From Hyphomicrobiales bacterium (GTDB lineage Bacteria; Pseudomonadota; Alphaproteobacteria; Rhizobiales; Methyloligellaceae): 64,000 nt of DNA. The translations under genes were made by a program, and so were the position numbers. Shown here piece after piece: positions 58,801-64,000 of the stretch; the first letter of the stretch is position 1; the number at the start of each line of letters is the position of its first letter. The DNA is taken from contig JAJFHQ010000097.1 of the NCBI GenBank assembly GCA_021775525.1, positions 244 to 64,243 on the forward strand. The letters are read 5' to 3'. The notes under the pieces are model-generated. The model was not told the origin of the DNA, made no database searches, and saw nothing but the letters and a program-made list of their open reading frames with translations.

Positions 58801-61132
58801 GAAATATGTAAACGGTGGCGACTGCTGGCCGGGCTTCCCGTGTGGTTTCGGAGTTGAAATCTACAATCCCGGCCAGAATGATTTCCCTGCGGGACTGGTC
58901 ATCACCGACGTGCCTAATCCTGATGCTGGAGCATGGACCCAGATATTCCCACCAGCAGCAAATGTCACATGCGTTCCCGCTGGAAACAATCACACTTGCA
59001 CGGTCAATGACCCGATACCGGCCGGTGGAAACGTGGGTGTTTGGTTCCAGCTTGACGTGCCGCCAGCCTATCCCTGGACGACACTGAAGAATTGCGCCAG
59101 CATTCCAGCCGGGCCTGGAAACGTCTTCAACATGAACGACGAGGAATGCGCGATTGCCTACGTTCCGGGGCCGGACCTTGCACCACACAGCGACACGACA
59201 TGCCAGCTTGACGCGCCCTGCAACTTGCCCGCAAGCATCGATAACAAGGGTCAACGCGACTTCAAGGGTTCCGCCGGTGTCAAAGGCACGCTCTCTCCGG
59301 AATTGCAGATCACCGGCATCACGAGCAAGACGTCAGGCTTCTCGTGCGCAAAGACCGGAAACGCCAGTTACGAGTGCAAGGGCTCCAGCCTGTCGATCAA
59401 GGCCGGTGGTGCTGTTGAATACGAACTCACCGTCTCGGTTCCGGCGAACTATCCGCACAGCCAGGTCAGTCACATCAAGAACATGGTCTGGCCTAATGCC
59501 AAGGTGAAGGACCGCAATCCGCAGAATGACCAGCATGTCTCGATCATCACCATCGAGCAGCCAAAGAAACCGCCGCCGCCACCTCCCCCGCCGCCTCCGC
59601 CGGCCGGCAAACCGGATCTCGCTGTCACGAAGACAGCCAACCAGGGGTCTGCACGGGCCGGTGGACCTACTGGATTCACAGTCACCGTGACCAATGTCGG
59701 GAACGCGCCGTACACCGGCGAGATCAGGATCTCGGATACGATCACGCCAACCAGCGCCCGGTTCACGGCATCCGGCCCCGCTCCGTGGCGGTGTGGCAGA
59801 AGAGGCGTGAACATCTCCTGCACCCATCCGAACACCACGCTCCTGCCAGGGCAATCGAAGGTGCTTTCTCTTACCTTCATCCTGCCAGGACGCATCACCG
59901 GCACTGTCAACAACTGTGCAGAACTCCGTTGGGGCGGAGCTTCACAAACACGCGGCAGCATCCGCAATGTTCAAAGTGCGCTGCTGGCGCAAGGTTTCAG
60001 TCCCGGCCCTGCCGATGGAAAACCGGGCAGAAAGACCACAAACGCCATCCGTTCCTACCAAGCGCAGAAAGGATTGCAGGTTACGGGACGGATTGATCAA
60101 GCGCTTATAGCCAGCCTGCTAGGCGGTCCTGCTACAGGAGATTCAAACCGTACGAATGACCGCGCCTGCGCCATCGCCTCGATCATCGGCCAGCCTCCTC
60201 CACCCCCTCCGCCCGTATGTACTGGCGGTCGCTCGCGGAACAATTACGGCAGCTGCGTATGCCCGTCTCATATCCCGATCTGGACCGGCTCGCAGTGCAT
60301 CCCGCGCCCGCCGCAGCAATGCACCGGTGGCCGCATACGCAACAATTACGGCCAATGCGCCTGTCCGCCGAGCTTGCCGAAATGGAACGGTCAATACTGC
60401 AGCGGCATACCCGGTCCGCAGCCCTGCTCAGGCGGCCGCTTCAAAGACAGGTACGGCAATTGCGTCTGCCCCTCCAACAAGCCAATCTGGTCCGGCAGCC
60501 AATGCACCCCCAGCCATCAGGTCTGCTCGGGTGGCCGTACCTACAATGAGAGGCTGAAGCAATGCGTCTGCCCATCGGGCAAAATCTGGAACGGTCAATA
60601 CTGCGCTCCGAAGCCGCAGCAATGCACCGGTGGTCGCTATCGCAACAATAAGGGCCAGTGCGTCTGTCCGGTCAGCAAACCGACATGGACCGGCGTGATC
60701 TGCATTCCGAAAATCAACCTCTGCTCCGGCGGACGGATCTTCAGTCTGCAGAAAAAGAAATGCGTTTGCCCCTCCAGCAAACCGATCTGGAATGGCAGGC
60801 AATGTGTTTCCAAGCCGTCTTGTTCTGGTGGCCGTTACTACAACCCGAGAACCAAATCCTGCACGTGTCCGTCCAACAAACCGTCCTGGAACGGATCGCA
60901 GTGTGTTCTCTACACCACCAATCCGGGACGTCCCCCGGGCGAAATTAACCCTGGCCCGTCCCAGCCAAATTGCTCTGGCGGCCGATACTATAATCAAAAG
61001 ACCAAATCCTGTACGTGTCCGTCCAACAAGCCGATGTGGAAGAACGGCAAGTGCCAGCCGTTCCAACTGCAGAAGGGCCCGGTCCTTAAGCTGCCTCCGG
61101 GGATCAAGTTCCCGGGCATCAAGGTCCAGTAG
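55889..61132 (+). CDS. giant secreted multidomain protein: N-terminal propeller-like region, 6 DUF11-like repeat domains, poly-Pro linkers, peptidoglycan-binding domain, 8 Cys-rich repeats
   Basis: 1747-aa ORF with a strong SD (AAGGAGGA) before ATG 55889 and an N-terminal hydrophobic signal/anchor ending AKA/QDA. Six modules between ~57491 and ~59935 carry the DUF11-like pattern (ADL.v.K...Y.V.I.N.G...Y.G.L...D...W.C....y.C.H......PG....L.L). An 11-Pro run lies at 59570-59602. A PG_binding_1-like segment (IRNVQSALLAQGFSPGPADGKPGRKTTNAIRSYQAQKGLQVTGRID) lies at ~59957-60127. Confidence 0.85.
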   Translation: MAVGRCGDTVDLASSRSGAAVSHRIVFLNFCAVFFFLALITTAWFPASPAKAQDAKPGVVGLGDLVVSGASGILPPPANPPLPPGVNELDETFINTDGASLKVFDVRNPGGPAQAQLLNAPTKFEAFARDIGQVFGLALDKSDPPNIYAASTSVHGLHIVVPDADSDGRPERIKLGQPGAQWMNGQFGLARGGGPGSVWKINGETGEVTKFSDILSGGGPNSGPGLGNIAYDAKRKQLFVSDMEDGLIHRLDMAGTDLGSFDHGLQGRPANGMAAAPDDAVRADITSPAFDAEDSGSWGLTSPDRRIWGLAVRGNRLYYSVEAGPQIWSIGINQDGNFGGDPRWELDVPSDPNAYPVSDIAFQGNGRMLLAQRGGIASRYDYSQYHTPRKTRVLRYKLESPDDPATPSRWAAEPEDYAIGFPGIHRNTSGGIAIGYGYRKQADGSYGLGSCEGTLWTTGDALRDNPIHGAKLAQGGPLNVHGLQGNALSLVRPKNEPPWSSYYVDFDGQFDDPQASGHVGDVEIARKCRSAPKRADLRILKKSKPKRCAAGEPCTYEVEIKNVGALPYSGPLLVFETADGGAKLVGHSPPAWTCKELFPGNYECTHPPVTLAPGEKRILELTFELPPWWERNVYRNCADLRIPGFDKDPVRYNNRSCEYVPICKPGDPNCKADLLLEKFPVYFACDAFGNCHYVIRITNVGADVYSGPLHIHDTITQPASVFVDWDLKAEWACGPLGGNVFDCSYNGNVTLSPGEFRELHVYTIGPPLGLGHTHERNCARIDWKGSPGDMNPFNEYDCAEVSLFPPGHPDARPKLAVDKKGTSGCFEGAGPGGGWLCWYEVTVRNSGGAPYTDPLVVTDTTGIFVGPADSNLVDHGPIPPWNCAPGNGVAGTQTCTHPAVAGGIQPGDSRTLYLLQEWPAGIAKPNAVQNCAKVSHDNDGDGVAEEMEDCVTTIICTPGAAGDCPDDLAVSKYVNGGDCWPGFPCGFGVEIYNPGQNDFPAGLVITDVPNPDAGAWTQIFPPAANVTCVPAGNNHTCTVNDPIPAGGNVGVWFQLDVPPAYPWTTLKNCASIPAGPGNVFNMNDEECAIAYVPGPDLAPHSDTTCQLDAPCNLPASIDNKGQRDFKGSAGVKGTLSPELQITGITSKTSGFSCAKTGNASYECKGSSLSIKAGGAVEYELTVSVPANYPHSQVSHIKNMVWPNAKVKDRNPQNDQHVSIITIEQPKKPPPPPPPPPPPAGKPDLAVTKTANQGSARAGGPTGFTVTVTNVGNAPYTGEIRISDTITPTSARFTASGPAPWRCGRRGVNISCTHPNTTLLPGQSKVLSLTFILPGRITGTVNNCAELRWGGASQTRGSIRNVQSALLAQGFSPGPADGKPGRKTTNAIRSYQAQKGLQVTGRIDQALIASLLGGPATGDSNRTNDRACAIASIIGQPPPPPPPVCTGGRSRNNYGSCVCPSHIPIWTGSQCIPRPPQQCTGGRIRNNYGQCACPPSLPKWNGQYCSGIPGPQPCSGGRFKDRYGNCVCPSNKPIWSGSQCTPSHQVCSGGRTYNERLKQCVCPSGKIWNGQYCAPKPQQCTGGRYRNNKGQCVCPVSKPTWTGVICIPKINLCSGGRIFSLQKKKCVCPSSKPIWNGRQCVSKPSCSGGRYYNPRTKSCTCPSNKPSWNGSQCVLYTTNPGRPPGEINPGPSQPNCSGGRYYNQKTKSCTCPSNKPMWKNGKCQPFQLQKGPVLKLPPGIKFPGIKVQ
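60218..61054 (+). repeat. eight tandem ~99-bp coding repeats (C-[ST]-G-G-R-x7-C-x-C-P-x4-5-W-x-G-x2-C)
   Basis: Read from the translation: CTGGRSRNNYGSCVCPSHIPIWTGSQC, CTGGRIRNNYGQCACPPSLPKWNGQYC, CSGGRFKDRYGNCVCPSNKPIWSGSQC, CSGGRTYNERLKQCVCPSGKIWNGQYC, CTGGRYRNNKGQCVCPVSKPTWTGVIC, CSGGRIFSLQKKKCVCPSSKPIWNGRQC, CSGGRYYNPRTKSCTCPSNKPSWNGSQC, CSGGRYYNQKTKSCTCPSNKPMWKNGKC. The spacers are 6-8 aa, except for one longer spacer of 23 aa. Confidence 0.9.
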
Positions 61133-61247
61133 TTCAATACTAACTGCCCGTCTCACCATCGCCTCAATCATGGGCTTTGACAGGCATTGGCCAGTACCGC
61201 GAAGAAGCGTATGGTCGTGATTCCCCCAATCTCACAGGAGACACATC

Positions 61248-61595
61248 ATGAGACGTGTCACTTTTCTCGCAGCTATCGCATTGGTTTCCATGACGGCAAC
61301 TGCAAACGCACAAACCCCGAGCGGCCCGATTCAGGGTGCCGTTCAGGGAACAGCACAAGGCACCCAGCATATTGGCCAGGGTGCTGTTCAAGGAGCCGGC
61401 CAGGCCGGATCAGGAATTGTTCAGGGCACAGGCACCATGGTGCAGGGCGTGACAACCAGCCCGGGCGCGGCCGTAAAAGGCACCGTCAAGGGTACTGGAC
61501 AGGCCGCAGTCGGCGTCGCCAGGGGCACGGGAACCGTCGCGAAGAAGACGGGCAAAGGTGTCTGGTGTTTCGTAACGCTGGGATATGGCTGCTAG
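61248..61595 (+). CDS. hypothetical secreted Gln/Gly/Thr-rich repeat protein
   Basis: 115 aa with an AGGAGA SD and a signal peptide MRRVTFLAAIALVSMTATANA/QT. It has degenerate xQG(T/A) and VKGT repeats and a C-terminal hydrophobic Cys pair, WCFVTLGYGC. Confidence 0.6.
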   Translation: MRRVTFLAAIALVSMTATANAQTPSGPIQGAVQGTAQGTQHIGQGAVQGAGQAGSGIVQGTGTMVQGVTTSPGAAVKGTVKGTGQAAVGVARGTGTVAKKTGKGVWCFVTLGYGC

Positions 61596-61600
61596 AAATA

Positions 61601-62644
61601 TCAGCCGGTATGCTCGACTTCACCGCCAGAGGTCACCCAGGCCTTCAGGCCGCCCTTGAGATGTTTCACGCCGGTGAACCCGGCGTTGCGCATGGTATCG
61701 AGTGCCAGGGCGGAGCGCTCCCCATGGGCGCAATAGAGCACGATGTGACCGTGATGATCCTTCACGATGAGTTTCAGCGCACCTGATGGTGTAAGCTGTG
61801 AGTCCAGGCAATCATAGGGCACATGCAGGGAGTTTGCTATCCAGCCGTCTCGGGCGCGTTCGCTTTCTTCACGCAGGTCTACAAGAATGACTTCTTCATG
61901 GGCGCAGACCTTTTGGCACTGCTCCGAATCGAGTTCCTCGCCCTCTTGCACGAATTTTTCCAGTGACTTGCCCACGGCCAGGTTGGCGGGCACTGCTACG
62001 TCCATCATCTTCGGATTGGCAAGCTTGAGATTGTTCATGATGTCGGCATATTCGGCCGCCGAGCTGACCTGCAGGCGCGGATTGTGAGCGGCCTCATAGC
62101 CGATGGTGGAGGCCGTGTTTCCGTTATAGTCATGAGCGGGATAGACCAGCGTCCCAGCCGGCAGTTTCAGCAACTTGTTGAATAGGGAATCGTAGCCCGA
62201 AGCCGGATCACCATTCTGGAAGTCGGTGCGGCCTGTGCCCCCAATCAGGAGCGCATCGCCGGTGAACACCCGGTCGGCACCGGCGAACGAGTAGGAATCA
62301 TCGGTGTGGCCCGGCGTGTAGAGCGTACGCAACTCGACGCCATCAATGTCGATTTTCTCATCTTCGCGCACGCGCATGGACACTACGTCCGCACCACTCC
62401 TCTCGCCCATCACCGTCACGCATTTGGTGATATCGCGAAGCGCCCCGAGCCCGGTCACATGGTCGGCGTGGATATGGGTGTCGACGGCCTTTACCAGTCT
62501 GAGGTCAAGCCGCTCCAGCAGGGAGATATAGGTCTCTACATGCTCGATGACCGGATCGATGATAAGCGCTTCACCGCCATGACGGCGCGCGAGCAGGTAG
62601 GTATAGGTACAAGATGCCGGGTCAAACAGCTGCTGGAATATCAT
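61601..62644 (-). CDS. persulfide dioxygenase-like MBL-fold hydrolase fused to a rhodanese domain
   Basis: 347 aa. It has an ETHE1/glyoxalase II-like N-terminus (TYTYLLA..., metal motif DTHIHADHVTG, TPGHT) and a C-terminal rhodanese domain with the active-site loop YCAHGERS. Confidence 0.85.
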   Translation of the reverse strand: MIFQQLFDPASCTYTYLLARRHGGEALIIDPVIEHVETYISLLERLDLRLVKAVDTHIHADHVTGLGALRDITKCVTVMGERSGADVVSMRVREDEKIDIDGVELRTLYTPGHTDDSYSFAGADRVFTGDALLIGGTGRTDFQNGDPASGYDSLFNKLLKLPAGTLVYPAHDYNGNTASTIGYEAAHNPRLQVSSAAEYADIMNNLKLANPKMMDVAVPANLAVGKSLEKFVQEGEELDSEQCQKVCAHEEVILVDLREESERARDGWIANSLHVPYDCLDSQLTPSGALKLIVKDHHGHIVLYCAHGERSALALDTMRNAGFTGVKHLKGGLKAWVTSGGEVEHTG

Positions 62645-62857
62645 TATCTCTCACCTGCGCCTCCTTGAGATTTATGTTTTTCAATTGCGCAGCGCAAGAG
62701 GGGAAAGCCCTGAAAGGGTCATTAGACCGAACAAATTCCAGCGGCAGGGGGGTGTCTCAAAGCCAGCCATGTTCACCCGCGCCAAATTCCTTTTTGGTTT
62801 GGCTGTGCCATTCTGCTATTTCATATCCATGTGTGTGTTATTCAGCTCACGCAATCT

Positions 62858-62934
62858 GGCCCCGTAGCTCAGCTGGATAGAGCATCAGATTCCTAATCTG
62901 GAGGTCGCGCGTTCGAATCGCGCCGGGGTCACCA
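62858..62934 (+). tRNA. tRNA-Arg (anticodon CCT)
   Basis: Hand-folded cloverleaf: acceptor GGCCCCG/CGGGGTC, D arm GCTC-AGCTGGATA-GAGC, anticodon stem TCAGA/TCTGG with loop TTCCTAA (anticodon CCT), variable AGGTC, T arm GCGCG-TTCGAAT-CGCGC, discriminator A, encoded CCA. It is 77 nt. Confidence 0.93.
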
Positions 62935-63091
62935 CTATATTATCTAGTTATATCAATGTATTGATTCTCTAACGCCCAGCCGCAAGATTAGAGCATTTTA
63001 ATATCGGGTAAGCGTTGGGTAAGCATCAAACTGTGTTTCAACAATGTACCAGCCCACTCTCTGACTATTCCTAAGATTAAAAAGAAGCCCA

Positions 63092-63212
63092 ATGTCCGCT
63101 TCGGGTCAAAAGCAGACATAAAATCATTCAGTTTGGAATGTCCGCTTTACCCCCGAAAGCGGACATAAAAGCACTCATCTTGGAATGTCCGCTTTGTGCC
63201 AAAAGCGGACAT
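63092..63212. repeat. three tandem REP-like hairpin repeats (period 46-47 nt)
   Basis: The three copies are ATGTCCGCTTCGGGTCAAAAGCAGACAT (63092-63119), ATGTCCGCTTTACCCCCGAAAGCGGACAT (63138-63166) and ATGTCCGCTTTGTGCCAAAAGCGGACAT (63185-63212). Copies 2 and 3 are each preceded by GGA. Each is an imperfect palindrome able to form a stem of about 10 bp. Confidence 0.85.
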
Positions 63213-63322
63213 TCTGCTGGACACGGTTAACAGACACCATGAAGTAATGCTGGTTCCATGTAATGTTGTTGTGTAAATATTATATCTGAATATTTTGTGC
63301 AGGAGATAGGAGAACTGTAAGG

Positions 63323-63742
63323 ATGCGTTTCAGTTGTTACTCCGCGTTAGCAATTTTGGTTCTCACATCCAGCTTCACCACTGCCAATGCGCAACAGAGT
63401 TATTATTACACCGATGGCCGACCACCATTCATGGACGAGGTACATGTCTCTTATGATGGAAGCAGTAAGGTTATCGTCTCGGTCAATATTCCGGATCCGA
63501 ATTCCGGACGAGAGCTTCATTTCGTCCGCCATGCCTTTCACGACAATTCGCGGGACGGATACGTTTATTACACCAACAAGTGTATAATGACACTGACGCC
63601 CGTCGAGAACTGGGAAGGCATCAAGATACACATTGATACCAAGGCTTCATGTTGGAACTTGAAATCCGGCAGCCGAAGTTTCGGAGGCGTGACATTCGAG
63701 TACGGTCTGACCTCGAACGATACACCTCCATTTGCACGGTAG
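63323..63742 (+). CDS. hypothetical secreted protein (low GC)
   Basis: 139 aa with an AGGAGA SD and a signal peptide MRFSCYSALAILVLTSSFTTANA/QQ. A sampled 60-nt line has about 45 percent GC by hand count. I recognise no family. Confidence 0.55.
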   Translation: MRFSCYSALAILVLTSSFTTANAQQSYYYTDGRPPFMDEVHVSYDGSSKVIVSVNIPDPNSGRELHFVRHAFHDNSRDGYVYYTNKCIMTLTPVENWEGIKIHIDTKASCWNLKSGSRSFGGVTFEYGLTSNDTPPFAR

Positions 63743-63761
63743 TGTTGGGAAGCGAGTTCTC

Positions 63762-64000
63762 ATGGTTCGATATTTCTTTGCGTTCGGAAGTGCGTTGATG
63801 GGCGGCGGCGCCGGTATCCCTGCCGTAAGATATGCACCATTAGCCGCACTGTGCGCGGCCCTGCTGATCGTCTCATTGACTGGCACGGGCGTGATGGCGC
63901 AGATGTGGAACGACGAAGGTCAGGGCTATGCCTGCACCGCTTTTTCCAGTGATGGGATTACCGGCGGCTGGGGGCAGAGCCCAAGCCAGGCAAGGGCCAA
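63762..64000 (+). CDS. hypothetical secreted protein, 3' end beyond the window (possibly DUF4189-like)
   Basis: My own translation from ATG 63762 reads MVRYFFAFGSALMGGGAGIPAVRYAPLAALCAALLIVSLTGTGVMAQMWNDEGQGYACTAFSSDGITGGWGQSPSQARA... and is open to the window end. It has a signal-like N-terminus. The GYACTAFSSDGITGGWGQSPSQARA stretch resembles the start of DUF4189 domains, but this is a weak call from memory. Confidence 0.4.
   Translation, partial: MVRYFFAFGSALMGGGAGIPAVRYAPLAALCAALLIVSLTGTGVMAQMWNDEGQGYACTAFSSDGITGGWGQSPSQARA

Noticed and set aside
1-64000. Scan for CRISPR arrays, transposases/IS ends, integrases, toxin-antitoxin pairs, restriction-modification or other recognisable defence genes
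   Set aside because: I found none by eye. The only repeat structures are the coding repeats in the giant gene, proline/acidic low-complexity runs and the REP-like hairpins. I cannot support a claim of a novel defence or mobile system in this window.

Overview
This 64-kb window looks like a chromosomal segment of an alphaproteobacterium. The gene order resembles the conserved core of Hyphomicrobiales/Rhizobiales-type genomes: lysC-ptsP-prfA-prmC, ubiG-DUF1178-nitrilase-comF, argJ-parvulin-secA, accA-xerD-aroK-aroB, bolA-J domain-cobS-cobT, rpmB-DUF3108, and helicase-S4-fdxA-carD. The taxon call is an inference from synteny and protein motifs only. I call about 55 protein genes and one tRNA-Arg(CCU). 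I saw no rRNA, CRISPR array, transposase or integrase. Most of the window is ordinary housekeeping. Accessory-looking patches are 20.2-25.5 kb (low-GC chemoreceptor and envelope proteins), 48-53 kb (multi-PAS kinase, receiver, SNase-like protein), 55.9-61.6 kb (giant secreted protein and a small repeat protein) and the AT-rich stretch after the tRNA (62.9-64 kb). The observations most worth a second look are these. (1) A ykkC/yxkD-family riboswitch-like leader sits at 37551-37713, with a perfect 13-bp anti-Shine-Dalgarno helix, in front of a 10-TM DMT transporter. (2) A 1747-aa secreted multidomain protein ends in eight tandem copies of a roughly 33-aa four-cysteine repeat that I cannot assign to a family. 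A Gln/Gly-rich secreted mini-protein follows it. (3) A signal-peptide SNase-fold protein has substituted catalytic residues and is translationally coupled (GTGA overlap) to modABC. (4) A DUF938 methyltransferase has its SAM-binding motif upstream of any ATG/GTG/TTG, which implies a CTG start overlapping the rpmB stop. (5) An orphan strong terminator, possibly marking a small RNA, lies in the 520-bp fdxA-carD spacer. (6) Tandem REP-like hairpins lie in a low-GC region next to tRNA-Arg. I did not find a defence, toxin or mobile system that I can support. All function calls come from reading the translated ORFs by eye, and no database search was run.
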